From assembly GCA_027083135.1 (NCBI GenBank), contig JALWQH010000052.1, positions 24,448 to 88,447 on the forward strand: DNA of 64,000 nucleotides. Direction: 5' to 3'. Shown piece after piece: positions 1 through 9,964 of this stretch. The position numbers and the translations under genes were made by a program. The notes below the pieces were generated by a model. That model had not been told where the DNA came from and searched no databases. It worked only from the letters and a program-made list of their open reading frames with translations. Numbering within the stretch: position 1 is the first letter of the stretch; the number at the start of each line of letters is the position of its first letter. This stretch comes from Desulfurococcales archaeon (GTDB taxonomy: Archaea > Thermoproteota > Thermoprotei_A > Sulfolobales > WAQK01).

Positions 1-219
1 AGGCCCAATAATAGGGGTCTCTATTTCTACAACCATGTCCTGGTGTCTCCGCACAAACCATTCTCTCCAAAAGGATTCAAGCTTCCTCTTTAACGCTGTT
101 CCAAGTGGCCCCATGTCGTAGAAGCCTGCTACTCCACCGTAGATCTCGTAGGATGGCCAGAAGAAGCCCCTACGCCTAGCCAACTCTACGACCTTCAGGT
201 ACCTGTCCTTACTGCTCAT
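1..219 (-). CDS. glyS: Glycyl-tRNA synthetase, N-terminal part (runs off window start)
   Basis: Manual translation from ATG at 219: [47 protein letters not shown], the typical archaeal/eukaryotic GlyRS N-terminus; not in ORF track. Confidence 0.93.
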   Translation of the reverse strand, partial: MSSKDRYLKVVELARRRGFFWPSYEIYGGVAGFYDMGPLGTALKRKLESFWREWFVRRHQDMVVEIETPIIGP

Positions 220-286
220 CCCTGAAGCCTCTAGCGTCTTAGAGGCCTCGATCCCCTTAAAAAACTCCACTTAGAAACTTAACGCA

Positions 287-1198
287 GTGGTATTGTTGGA
301 GGAGCTATTCCTTAACAGGTCTCCTGGAAGCATAGTTTCAAGCCCCTGTACTCAGGGCTTCCTAGTAGCGGTTGTAGGTGCACCTCTGGATCACACATCT
401 ACGTATAGGCCTGGCTGTAGGTTTGGGCCTGCAAGGATAAGGGAGGCATACAATAATATTGAGGCATACTCTCTCCGCAGAGGCATAGATGTAGATGAAT
501 ATTGCCTCGAGGATCTAGGAGACATAGCCATTGTCCCTGGAGATCTTGAGGAGAGCCTTAGGAGAATAGAGGTGGTCAGCAGCTCTGTTTTCGCCAGGGG
601 AGGCGTACTAGGACTGCTTGGAGGAGAGCACCTGATAACCTTGCCTGCAGTTAAGGCTCTCTCCGCATCATCCACTCCCTGCCTAGTGGTCTTCGACGCT
701 CACCTTGATCTACGCGAGGAATACCTGGGCCTGAGGCTCAGCCACGCCTCTGTGACGCGACGTATCTCGGAGCTAATAGGGCCTGAGAGGGTTATGATTA
801 TAGGTGTTAGAGCAGTATCCAGGGAGGAATTAGAATATGCGGGAAGTAGGAGGATAGCATTCATAACAAGTAACCAGGCTAGAATACTAGGTGTCAGGGA
901 GGTTTCGAGGAGGATTAGGAGGTTTCTAAGTGAATGTAAGAGTACTTATATCTCTGTTGATATGGATGTATTTGACCCTGCATATGCTCCTGGGGTAGGA
1001 AACCCTGAAGCTGAGGGTATGGAGCCTTGGAGCGTGCTGGACATGGTATCTGTGATCATTGATGAAAGGCTCAGGGGCTTCGACATAGTTGAGGTTTCGC
1101 CTCCCTATGATGTTGGAGGCATAACATCCATACTGGCATCCAAGGTGCTGCTTGAAATACTTGCATCTATACACAGTATTCATGGAGGAAAGCATTAA
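287..1198 (+). CDS. speB: Agmatinase (arginase/ureohydrolase family)
   Basis: GGEH, DAHLD, SVDMDVFDP, PGVGNPE and DIVEVSP motifs. Confidence 0.92.
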   Translation: MVLLEELFLNRSPGSIVSSPCTQGFLVAVVGAPLDHTSTYRPGCRFGPARIREAYNNIEAYSLRRGIDVDEYCLEDLGDIAIVPGDLEESLRRIEVVSSSVFARGGVLGLLGGEHLITLPAVKALSASSTPCLVVFDAHLDLREEYLGLRLSHASVTRRISELIGPERVMIIGVRAVSREELEYAGSRRIAFITSNQARILGVREVSRRIRRFLSECKSTYISVDMDVFDPAYAPGVGNPEAEGMEPWSVLDMVSVIIDERLRGFDIVEVSPPYDVGGITSILASKVLLEILASIHSIHGGKH

Positions 1199-1341
1199 AC
1201 GGCTTTAACTCTCCTTATTGTTGCTGGCCCTACCTTATATATAACCCTGTAACCGCAGTAGGGGCATTTAATACCAGGCAGCAGCTCTATGTCCTTCTCG
1301 TCAAACTCTCTCCCGCATCTCCCACACTTATATCTAACCAA
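1195..1341 (-). CDS. rpoP: DNA-directed RNA polymerase subunit P (Rpo12)
   Basis: Manual translation (TTG start at 1341, alternative GTG at 1350): MVRYKCGRCGREFDEKDIELLPGIKCPYCGYRVIYKVGPATIRRVKAV; two CxxC zinc ribbon motifs; below ORF-track cutoff. Confidence 0.93.
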   Translation of the reverse strand: MVRYKCGRCGREFDEKDIELLPGIKCPYCGYRVIYKVGPATIRRVKAV

Positions 1342-1439
1342 CGCATACACCCGCAGGGTAGAGTGATTAACAAAGACTTTATAAGGTTATTTCACGTCTA
1401 ATTACGACCTGAAGCCAATAAGGTAGGGCTGTAGGGGGC

Positions 1440-1751
1440 ATGGAGGAATACTCATCATCGATATGTGGAGGTTTACCCCCAGAGCTATGCGAGCTACTGA
1501 CCAAAGAGCAGCAGAACATTAAGATACGCTTAGAGAAGAGGAAGTGGGGACGAGAGGTCACTATTATTGAGGGTATAGATGAAAGGGAGGTTGACCTGAA
1601 GAAGCTGGCCTCGCAGCTTAAGTCACGTCTCGCTACAGGTGGGACAGCTAAGAACGGTAGAATAGAGCTTCAAGGCGACCATAGGCATAGGGTCAAGGAC
1701 ATATTAGCGGAGATGGGGTTTCCGCCGGACAATATAATAATAATCGAATAA
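1440..1751 (+). CDS. Translation initiation factor aIF1 (SUI1)
   Basis: [31 protein letters not shown] motifs. Confidence 0.95.
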   Translation: MEEYSSSICGGLPPELCELLTKEQQNIKIRLEKRKWGREVTIIEGIDEREVDLKKLASQLKSRLATGGTAKNGRIELQGDHRHRVKDILAEMGFPPDNIIIIE

Positions 1752-1820
1752 GAGAAGAGCTAGGAGATAGGTAGGAAAAATAGAAGAAGTTGTTTTTACG
1801 CGGGGAGTTAATTATAGCCT

Positions 1821-2744
1821 CTACTGGGGGGGAAGGTTTATTTCAAGCTCCCTGGCAAGCTCCTTATACCTGTTTCTAACAGTAACTTCTGTAACACCTG
1901 CCACCTGGGCTATCTCCTTCTGCGTTCTACGCTCATCCTCAAGCAATGCTGCAATATATATTGCAGCTGCAGCTAACCCTGCAGGATCCTTGCCTGCAGT
2001 TATACCCTTATGCTTCGCCTGCTCCAGGATCTCCGCGGCTCTACGCATGACCTTGCCCTGAAGGCCTAGCTGCGAGCCTATGCGTGGAATATAGTCTATT
2101 GGATCAGCTATAGGGACATTCACCTCAAGCTCCTTGAGGAGAAGCCTGTAACACCTGGCCACTTCTTTACGACCAGCCTTAGTATACTCCGCTATCTCAT
2201 CAAGTGTGCGGGGGATCCTAAGTCTACGGCACGCGGCATATATTGATGCTGCTACTATGCTCTCAATGCTTCTCCCCCTTACAAGCCCTTTCTCCACAGC
2301 CTTCCTGTAAATTACTGCAGCCTCCTCGCGTACTGATTTAGGGAGCCTAAGAAGATCAGATATTCTTTCAAGCTCATTCATAGCCTGAGCTAAATTCCTA
2401 TCGATACTGCTCTGTATCCTAGCCCTAATCTGCCACTTCCTCCATCTAAGTATCTCAAGCCTCCGCTTAGGCTCTAATTTCTTACCAGTAGCATCCCGGT
2501 CACGCCAGTCTATAACTGTGGTCAACCCCTTATCATGAACTGTAGGTGTCAATGGGCCTCCAACCCTGCTCCGCCTCTCCTTCTCCTCTGGTGTGAATGC
2601 TCTCCATTCTGGCCCCTGGTCTATGACGTGGTGTTCTAGGACCTCCCCCGTCTCAAGGCAAATATACTCCCCCCTCTCCTCATCAAAGATAATCATGTCT
2701 TCAGGGCATTCCTCCCTTTTATTCTCAGATGACAAGACTTCCAC
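1821..2744 (-). CDS. tfb: Transcription initiation factor IIB (TFB)
   Basis: N-terminal zinc-ribbon-like segment, B-reader DQGPEWRAF, cyclin repeats, [14 protein letters not shown]. Confidence 0.97.
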   Translation of the reverse strand: MEVLSSENKREECPEDMIIFDEERGEYICLETGEVLEHHVIDQGPEWRAFTPEEKERRSRVGGPLTPTVHDKGLTTVIDWRDRDATGKKLEPKRRLEILRWRKWQIRARIQSSIDRNLAQAMNELERISDLLRLPKSVREEAAVIYRKAVEKGLVRGRSIESIVAASIYAACRRLRIPRTLDEIAEYTKAGRKEVARCYRLLLKELEVNVPIADPIDYIPRIGSQLGLQGKVMRRAAEILEQAKHKGITAGKDPAGLAAAAIYIAALLEDERRTQKEIAQVAGVTEVTVRNRYKELARELEINLPPQ

Positions 2745-2893
2745 CGGCGATAGATTTTTATCTCATTAACTAACATGTACATAAACTTTGCTCTACTTAC
2801 CTTTAATAAATATTATGCTTCTTCCATGTGAAGCGGAGTTCATACGGCATCGATAAGCCTAAAATGGTTTCTGAGCACCAGGATTTATTGGGT

Positions 2894-2969
2894 AGCCGGG
2901 TCGTCTAGCGGCCAAGGATGCGGGGCTCTGGCCCCCGTGACCGGGGTTCGAATCCCCGCCCGGCTACCA
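2894..2969 (+). tRNA. tRNA-Gln(CTG), intron-less, CCA encoded
   Basis: AGCCGGG/CCCGGCT acceptor stem, anticodon arm CGGGG-CT-CTG-GC-CCCCG, GGTTCGAATCC T-arm, ends ACCA. Confidence 0.96.
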
Positions 2970-2986
2970 TTACTGATTCCTCCTTT

Positions 2987-4099
2987 TCATGTAGGGGGTG
3001 CAAGCGCCATGACCAGTATTGCTAATGTTATTGTCTGAAGAGTGTATGAGAGTAGTGAGGCTTTCCTCTCAGCACTTATTTTATCCTTTATGAAGAGGTC
3101 GAGCATCTTCGCTCCATCTGTTATGAAGAGGGGTGCGGCGTTAACTAATGCTAAGCTGAAGTTTATCATGTAGCTCCAGTCCACGAAGTTTAAGAGTGCT
3201 TCATAGCTTCGAATGGAGAGTCTTCCAAGCAGGCTTCCAGCAGGCTTGAAATATATTCCTATGATGCTCCTATTAGCAGGTTTGAAGACCGTTATGTTTC
3301 TGGCTTCCCCCTTCATAATTATAGTCATAATCAGTGTTGTCGTGCCTGAGGCGTTTATAAAGGAGTGCAGATCGGTTATGCGGTGTATTCTTGTACCATT
3401 AACCGCTATGATCCTCATGCCTGGCGTTATGCCTGCAGAAGCTGCAGGGGAGCCCTGCTCAACGCTTGTAACAATTATGCCTGCAGGAGCAGCCACGGTG
3501 TAGAAGAGGAGGCCTAGGAAGAGGGCTCCAAGTATAAGGTTAGCAGCCGACCCCGCGGCAAGTATTTTGAGCTTGGAGTGGAGGGGGGCTGAGTTAAGGC
3601 TCTCCTCCTCTGGCTCCACGAAGGCTGCTGGGAACACTAATAGGAGGGCAAGGCCAGCGGAACTCAGCTTAACACCCTCCATCCCAGCCATCACGGCATG
3701 CGCTAACTCGTGGAGAACTATGGCTATAGATGCTGCTAAGAGAAAGTATAGTAGAGCCTCCCCCCATATGGTTAGCCCAGGTATGAGAAGCACTACTCCG
3801 TTCTGGGATGAAGCCCCTATAATCCTCTTGTACGCTATGCCTCCTATGAACCAATAGTAGAGTCCTGCGGAAACAACGGTGAGTATGACGAAGACTTCTC
3901 CAATCCTCCTAGCAGTCTTGCCGCCCTTAACGTTTTCGAGCCATTGAAGCCTCCTAGTGATCCTCCATACTATTAAGGGCACCTGTACCTCTATGCTTCT
4001 CTGCTCGAACCATTGTTTCTTATACCTATACGCAATGTAGACTAGGCTCCAAAAAGCTGTGAGGACTATGAGGAAGCCCATGAGACCCACTATGTTCAC
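2987..4099 (-). CDS. Site-2 protease (M50) with PDZ domain
   Basis: HELAH and NAAPLFITDG motifs, multiple TM segments, PDZ-like GSPAASAGI..GMRIIAVNG. Confidence 0.92.
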   Translation of the reverse strand: MNIVGLMGFLIVLTAFWSLVYIAYRYKKQWFEQRSIEVQVPLIVWRITRRLQWLENVKGGKTARRIGEVFVILTVVSAGLYYWFIGGIAYKRIIGASSQNGVVLLIPGLTIWGEALLYFLLAASIAIVLHELAHAVMAGMEGVKLSSAGLALLLVFPAAFVEPEEESLNSAPLHSKLKILAAGSAANLILGALFLGLLFYTVAAPAGIIVTSVEQGSPAASAGITPGMRIIAVNGTRIHRITDLHSFINASGTTTLIMTIIMKGEARNITVFKPANRSIIGIYFKPAGSLLGRLSIRSYEALLNFVDWSYMINFSLALVNAAPLFITDGAKMLDLFIKDKISAERKASLLSYTLQTITLAILVMALAPPT

Positions 4100-4169
4100 C
4101 GCTCACGCCCAATCTCACGTGAAGGCTATTTAAGCACTATCTGGACAGTTAGCCTAGGATAAGGTACCC

Positions 4170-4901
4170 ATGCCTAGGAGAAAGATTAGGAGGATAGGCG
4201 AGTATAATGAAGTAATATATGATGATGAACATTGGAGGCTTCTAAGAGAACTTAGAAGAGAGGCTGCTGGAATTCTCAAAGCTCTTGAGAGAAGAGGGCT
4301 TAGAGGAGCAGTATATGGTAGCATAGCTCGGGGAGACGTCCATGCAGGCAGCGACATAGACGTGATTCTCCTATACCCTGCTTCATCATATATGGTTGAG
4401 CTGGCCTTAGAGGAGGCAGGATACAGCATCTCACATAAAGCCGTGGTTCAGGCTACACCCCACAGCACGCCTAAGGCCTACATATTCCTAGATGGGGAGG
4501 AAAAGCTCTCCGTATCCTATCCGCTGGCATATCTGCAGGGAAGGGAATACGAGTTCTATAGGTTTGGAGGTCTGCTTGATGAAGGCGGGCTCAGAGAGGA
4601 TAAGAGGGTTCCAGGAGTATCCAAGGAACTCGTGTTGATCCAGCCTACTCTCCAAGGACATATGGAGTCTCCAGTAATAGGCAGGGAGAGCGAGGTTGCA
4701 GGAATACTAGGCATAAGTATTGACACAGTGCTGGAGAGAGTGCGTGTTCTCTCTAGGAGGGATGCTATAGGGCGCACCGGAGTATTCGTCAACATAAAGC
4801 TTGGCTCGCATAGCAGTATAGAGGAGGCTGTAAGAGAAGAGGCACATAGAAACCCTCATTTTAGGAGGATCCTGGCTGAGAGAAAAAGTCCTATAATATA
4901 G
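4170..4901 (+). CDS. Archaeal pol-beta-superfamily nucleotidyltransferase (COG2413-like)
   Basis: YGSIARGDVHAGSDIDV motif; conserved C-terminal RRDAIGRTGVF. Confidence 0.85.
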   Translation: MPRRKIRRIGEYNEVIYDDEHWRLLRELRREAAGILKALERRGLRGAVYGSIARGDVHAGSDIDVILLYPASSYMVELALEEAGYSISHKAVVQATPHSTPKAYIFLDGEEKLSVSYPLAYLQGREYEFYRFGGLLDEGGLREDKRVPGVSKELVLIQPTLQGHMESPVIGRESEVAGILGISIDTVLERVRVLSRRDAIGRTGVFVNIKLGSHSSIEEAVREEAHRNPHFRRILAERKSPII

Positions 4902-5015
4902 TCTAACAGGTTATGGGAAGCATCTCCGCGAGGCTTTTATGGGCAATATGCTGAATATGTTACGCTAAGGATGACTGAGAAGTATTCCTTAACCTATAGG
5001 GCCTAGGCGATAGTC

Positions 5016-6101
5016 ATGAAGCGTAAGATAATTATGAGGGGCAGAGAGGTAGGGCTGACTTTAGGGAGGCTTGCAAGAGGATGCGATCTCTGCTTTGAGG
5101 GAAGCAAGATAGTGGTCTTTGTGACAGGGCTATGCGATGATGGCTGTTTCTACTGCCCGGTTAGCGGGGAACGTATGGGAAGAGATGTAGTATTCGTCGA
5201 CGAGGAGCCTGTCAACAACATGCCTGCCGATATTGTTGAGGAGGCATATAGAATTGAAGCTAAGGGTGCCAGCATAACGGGCGGAGACCCTCTGTTAAGG
5301 CCTCATCGAACAGCCAGCATAATCCAGGCTCTTAAAGCAGAGTTCGGCAGTGGTTTCCACATCCACCTCTATACTAGTGGGCGATATGCTACACGCATGG
5401 TGCTTGAAGAATTAGAGGCTGCAGGACTGGATGAAATACGCTTTCACCCCACACTTCCATGGCTAACTGAGAGAATAAGGCTTGCACTAGAGTATACTTC
5501 CATGAGCGTCGGCGCCGAGGTACCTGTTATTCCAGGCTATCTTCAAGCATTAAAGAAGCTTGCATTATTCCTCGAAGAAATAAAAGCTGATTTCCTCAAC
5601 CTAAATGAGCTAGAGGTGTCGGAGAGCAACCAGGAGGCTCTTACGCTAAGAGGCTTCAAGCCTAGGAGAGATGGGCGTAGCATAGAGGGAAGCCGGGAAA
5701 CAGCATTTAAGCTGCTGGAATGGGCTCAACATAATGTTAGAAAACTTAACATTAGATTCTGCCCAGCCATCTATAAGGATTCCGTGCAGACGAGAAACAG
5801 GCTGCGCAGAAAGGCGAAAAATGAGGCAAGGCTCTACGAAGCCTATACCCCTGAGGGCACTATAATTAGAGCTGAGATCAGCTTCCCCGAAAAGAATAGA
5901 GGAATCGCCGAACAGCTGGCATATAATGGGGCAGGCATTATAGACGGCGAAGTATTTGTAACTCACCCTCTCATAGCACGCTCAATACAGGAAGAGCTGG
6001 GAGGAGATGCAAGAATAGCCGAGTATCACCCCACAGCTTCCAGACTCCTCGTATCCTCTATGCCTCTAGGAAGCAGATATGGGGTAAAAGACCGGAAATA
6101 A
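5016..6101 (+). CDS. Radical SAM protein (archaeal COG2108-like)
   Basis: GCDLC plus CDDGCFYC (CX3CX2C), ITGGDP, GLDEIRFHP. Confidence 0.85.
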   Translation: MKRKIIMRGREVGLTLGRLARGCDLCFEGSKIVVFVTGLCDDGCFYCPVSGERMGRDVVFVDEEPVNNMPADIVEEAYRIEAKGASITGGDPLLRPHRTASIIQALKAEFGSGFHIHLYTSGRYATRMVLEELEAAGLDEIRFHPTLPWLTERIRLALEYTSMSVGAEVPVIPGYLQALKKLALFLEEIKADFLNLNELEVSESNQEALTLRGFKPRRDGRSIEGSRETAFKLLEWAQHNVRKLNIRFCPAIYKDSVQTRNRLRRKAKNEARLYEAYTPEGTIIRAEISFPEKNRGIAEQLAYNGAGIIDGEVFVTHPLIARSIQEELGGDARIAEYHPTASRLLVSSMPLGSRYGVKDRK

Positions 6102-6153
6102 ATATATTCCACAGCTTTATAATTCGAAAACATCTGGTTGGGAGGCAGAATTC

Positions 6154-7086
6154 ATGCTGCTTGAAGCCAGGGATCTCTGGAAAAGCTTTGGGGGAAGACC
6201 TGCCCTTAGAGGAGTAGAACTGAGCATCAAGGATAAGGGAATAGTAAGCCTACTAGGCCCTAACGGTGCAGGCAAATCCACCTTCATGAAAATTGCTGCA
6301 GGGATCCTGAGGCCTGAGAGGGGCTCCATACTCGTAATGGGCCGTGATCCAAGGGATCCCGAGGCCCGTAGCCTTATAGCTTATTGTCCTCAGGAGCCAG
6401 GGCTTTTCGATGAGCTGAACTCATGGGATAACCTTATGTTCTATGCAAGGCTCTACAGCCTTCCAGAGCAGAAGGCTCGGGAAAAGGCACGGATACTGCT
6501 CGAAGAGCTGGGAATACTTGATCATGCCTCAAAGCCCGTGGGAAAACTCTCAGGAGGAATGAGGAAGAAGCTTGGACTAGCCATAGCCATGCTTGCCGAG
6601 CCCCCACTCTACCTGCTAGATGAGCCTACCACGGGAATGGATCCAGGCTCCAGGAGAGATGTGTGGAGGATCTTAAGGGAGATTAAGGCTGATGGGGGCG
6701 CAGTACTGCTGGCCACCCACTATATGGATGAGGCAGATGAGCTATCCGACACAGTATACATAATGGATAAGGGGAGAATTGTTGCTTCAGGCAAGCCTGA
6801 GAAGCTTAAAGAGAGATATGGTCCTCCATCGGTGGTAGAGATAATGTTCCGCAGAGTGCCTTCGCAGAGTAGTGTAGAGGATGCTCTCCGAGGACTAGAG
6901 CATACATGGAGCGAGGGTAAGCTGCGTGTAAGCGTTGAGAGGCCTGAGAAGGTTGTTCCCCGCCTAGTAGAGCAGCTGTATTCTCTGGGTGCCGACATAG
7001 GCTCAGTGAGAATAGTTAAGCCGACATTAGAGGACGTGTTCCTCAAACTAACTGGGAGGAGGCTGGAGACCAGTGAGGAGAAGTAG
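6154..7086 (+). CDS. ABC-2 (multidrug/DrrA-like) transporter ATP-binding protein
   Basis: Walker A GPNGAGKS, LSGGM signature, LLDEPT, THYM. Confidence 0.93.
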   Translation: MLLEARDLWKSFGGRPALRGVELSIKDKGIVSLLGPNGAGKSTFMKIAAGILRPERGSILVMGRDPRDPEARSLIAYCPQEPGLFDELNSWDNLMFYARLYSLPEQKAREKARILLEELGILDHASKPVGKLSGGMRKKLGLAIAMLAEPPLYLLDEPTTGMDPGSRRDVWRILREIKADGGAVLLATHYMDEADELSDTVYIMDKGRIVASGKPEKLKERYGPPSVVEIMFRRVPSQSSVEDALRGLEHTWSEGKLRVSVERPEKVVPRLVEQLYSLGADIGSVRIVKPTLEDVFLKLTGRRLETSEEK

Positions 7087-8353
7087 GATAAAGGCGTTTC
7101 TAGTAGCCTCAACTAAGAGCTTCTTCAAGGATAAGGGAAGCGTGTTCTGGGTTATAGCATGGCCCATAATACTTGTCCTAATGTCAGCCTATGTCTTCAT
7201 ACCCCCCTCGGCAGGTAGCCCCATGACTATGAAGCTCGGCATAGTAAACCATGATGCAAGCAGGTCTCCCTTCAACGGCTCGTCGCTGATAAGTGTGCTG
7301 AGTAATGTTAAGTACAATGGAACCAGGCTTTTCGAAATAAAGGTGTATAAAGCTGAAGAGGATATGCTGGCAGACCTAGATAAGGGTAAGCTTGATGCAG
7401 GCATAATCATACCAAGCGGGTTCGGCAGAAACCTAACTCTAGGAACAGCCTTACTGAAAGCCTATGTTGGTGGAAAAAGCATCTACTCAATACAGGTTAA
7501 TAGGGGGATTCTTGAAAGCTTTCTATGCGGCTTTGCAAGGGAGATAGGGCTCCGTAAAGCAAACATAGCTCTAAACTATATAAGCGGAGCTCCCTCCAAC
7601 TGGACTCATCCATCACAGTTTAACGCCACGTTTAAGGAGTTCGTTTATAGGTTCATGGTAGGGCTAGTTGAACCCATAAACACCACGCTCGTGGAGAAGG
7701 CCCCCAAGGCTCTCACTGAGAGGCCCCGTATCCTGGGATGGTATGTGCTGGGAGCAGTAGGTATGATGATGCTGTACTCAGGCTTCTCCCTGGGAGCCAC
7801 AGCCATAGTAGAGGAGAAGGAGAAGGGAAGGCTTGAACGGATACTCTCAACACCATCCACGCCTGCAGACCTACTTGCAGGTAAAATGCTTTCAGGCCTA
7901 TTAATCCTCCTCCTATCATCAATAGTGATAATACTCTCGGGCCTAGCAGTGCAGGCTGAGGTGAGATGGAACCCGCTGAGACCAGCTGATCTACTAGTAC
8001 TTCTCCACTTCCTGTTGCTCGGAGTCATGACAATAAGCATGGGCTTCCTCCTATCACTGGTAAGCAAGACTACGAAGGGTGCAGGCAACTTAGCGGTAGG
8101 ACTGGGCCTCCTCTTGTCCTTCACTGCTGGGATATGGTTCCCGAAGGAATGGATGCCTGGAGCACTTAGAATGCTGGCAGACGTGTTTCCACCAACATGG
8201 AGCCTCGACGCAATTAGAGATATAGTGGTCTATAGGGTGGGAATAGGAGACGTGGCGCTGCTCACTGTTGAAAGCCTTGCCGCAACCCTAATACTCTTCC
8301 TCCTCGGAGTCGAGGCTTATAGGAGGGTGATTAGAAGGTATGTGGAGGCCTAG
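7073..8353 (+). CDS. ABC-2 transporter permease
   Basis: N-terminal TM, extracellular domain, EKEKGRLERILSTP, C-terminal TMs; overlaps the ATPase gene. Confidence 0.9.
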   Translation: MRRSRIKAFLVASTKSFFKDKGSVFWVIAWPIILVLMSAYVFIPPSAGSPMTMKLGIVNHDASRSPFNGSSLISVLSNVKYNGTRLFEIKVYKAEEDMLADLDKGKLDAGIIIPSGFGRNLTLGTALLKAYVGGKSIYSIQVNRGILESFLCGFAREIGLRKANIALNYISGAPSNWTHPSQFNATFKEFVYRFMVGLVEPINTTLVEKAPKALTERPRILGWYVLGAVGMMMLYSGFSLGATAIVEEKEKGRLERILSTPSTPADLLAGKMLSGLLILLLSSIVIILSGLAVQAEVRWNPLRPADLLVLLHFLLLGVMTISMGFLLSLVSKTTKGAGNLAVGLGLLLSFTAGIWFPKEWMPGALRMLADVFPPTWSLDAIRDIVVYRVGIGDVALLTVESLAATLILFLLGVEAYRRVIRRYVEA

Positions 8354-9408
8354 TGCTGGGAAAACCTGTATCTAAGGATTGCTGCCAGTCCTCCTAGATG
8401 CCTGAGCCTTAGACCCGCCCCACTGTTCCTGGGAACTATGTGTATTTTCCCTCTAGCCTTGTCGATGAGAGTCATGGTCTCCTCCACTCTCCGTCGAAGC
8501 TCTAGATCCATGCTTCCCACATACTCGTCGAGTATAAGTAGATGCTCTACAGCACCCGCAGCCGCAGCCTCGTACACCTGGTCTAAACCATAGGCTACAC
8601 GTTCAGGGTCCTTTGCTAATAGACGCATAAACTCCTCTAGCAGCCTCTCAGCCTCAACTATGCTGATATGCTCTAGGATCTCCCTGACCCTTCCACGCCT
8701 AATAACCTCATGTACCCCTGCCTCACCACCCATCGAGACGGAGTCAACCATCACTCTCACCCCTTTCCCACGCAGCCTGGCGGCCAGCTCGTCTTTGAGG
8801 CTTCCAGGCCCAGCCACTATAATTGCCGACACTCTGCGCCTCTCAAGCTCCCCTACCACCATACGGTCTATCTCAGCTAGACGTTGCTCAAGTATAATGC
8901 TTCTGCCAGCATCATCTTTTCCTGGAAGCCTCATCCTACCTGACGATACTATGCGTACACCCTGGTTCGAGGCTAATGCAATGCTATATTCATCGTAGTC
9001 TAAAGCCACTATGAGTGTGAGGATGCCTTTAACCCCTGATTCACGTATCTTCTTTAAGAGGGGCTTAGGCCAGCCTTCCTCCTTAACTATAACTAGAATG
9101 CTTCCAGGTTCAATGCTTATCGTGTGGTGAAGCCCTTTCAACCCATATTTATCGGGGCCTTCCACTATTATCCCCCTTATCCTCAGCCTCCTCGTGAAAG
9201 GCTGAAACTCTGTTGCTTTGACCCTTATTCCAAGTGTTAGGGGAATTCTTCGGCTCCCCCCGCCCTCAGGTTGCTTTATCTCTCTAGTCGTCCTAGCATA
9301 CACTATGTCACCCGGCGTTATTGTCAAGTGCAGGATCCATAGATCATCGCTGCTCTCCGCCTGGAGTTTCAGTAGCCCAGTCTTCTCATCATACTCCAGT
9401 ATTTTCAT
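8350..9408 (-). CDS. pelA: Pelota (Dom34) ribosome rescue factor
   Basis: MKILE.., DDLWIL, RLRIRG, YGL, LGGLAAILRY; start moved to ATG 9408 because the longer ORF-track start overlaps the divergent gene. Confidence 0.95.
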   Translation of the reverse strand: MKILEYDEKTGLLKLQAESSDDLWILHLTITPGDIVYARTTREIKQPEGGGSRRIPLTLGIRVKATEFQPFTRRLRIRGIIVEGPDKYGLKGLHHTISIEPGSILVIVKEEGWPKPLLKKIRESGVKGILTLIVALDYDEYSIALASNQGVRIVSSGRMRLPGKDDAGRSIILEQRLAEIDRMVVGELERRRVSAIIVAGPGSLKDELAARLRGKGVRVMVDSVSMGGEAGVHEVIRRGRVREILEHISIVEAERLLEEFMRLLAKDPERVAYGLDQVYEAAAAGAVEHLLILDEYVGSMDLELRRRVEETMTLIDKARGKIHIVPRNSGAGLRLRHLGGLAAILRYRFSQH

Positions 9409-9484
9409 CGCTGTATCCACGCTTAACCCTAGGCTTCGAGACAAATTAATGGTGTGATGCCTTAATGAATCACTGGAGCCTACT

Positions 9485-9940
9485 GTGATCAGGGAGGCCT
9501 CTCCACGCGACTTAGGCTGGATAGCCGTGCTGGAGGAGAAATGCTTCCCCAAGTATCCTTATCCAAGATGGTTTTTAGCGATGCTTCACTCAATATCACC
9601 TAGCCTTTTCCTAGTATACGAGGCTGATGGCAGGATCATAGGATACGCATCGACAATTATACGTAGAAGGATAATATGCCACCTCATGAGCCTCTGCGTA
9701 GAGCCATCCATGCGTAGAAGAGGTGTAGGCAGAGCTCTCCTGGATGAGACTGAAAGGAGATCTCGTGAAGCAGGCTGCTCTACACTTAGGCTAGAGGTAT
9801 CCTACGTTAACATGCCTGCCTTGAGGCTTTATTCAAGCCTAGGCTACAGGCCTGCATACTTTAAGCCCGGATATTATCCTGGAGGCGAGCCTGCACTAGT
9901 CATGTATAAAGCATTGCTCTTAGGGAGAGATAAGTTATAG
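9485..9940 (+). CDS. GNAT N-acetyltransferase (RimI/Ard1 type)
   Basis: RRRGVGRAL acetyl-CoA motif, LEVSYVNMPA..LYSSLGY, YYPGGEPALVM. Confidence 0.88.
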   Translation: MIREASPRDLGWIAVLEEKCFPKYPYPRWFLAMLHSISPSLFLVYEADGRIIGYASTIIRRRIICHLMSLCVEPSMRRRGVGRALLDETERRSREAGCSTLRLEVSYVNMPALRLYSSLGYRPAYFKPGYYPGGEPALVMYKALLLGRDKL

Positions 9941-9964
9941 CCTGCCGCTGCGCTAGATCTATTA

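Noticed and set aside
9409-9552. 48-aa N-terminal extension of pelota in the ORF track
   Set aside because: Overlaps the divergent acetyltransferase; the canonical pelota start MKIL is at 9408
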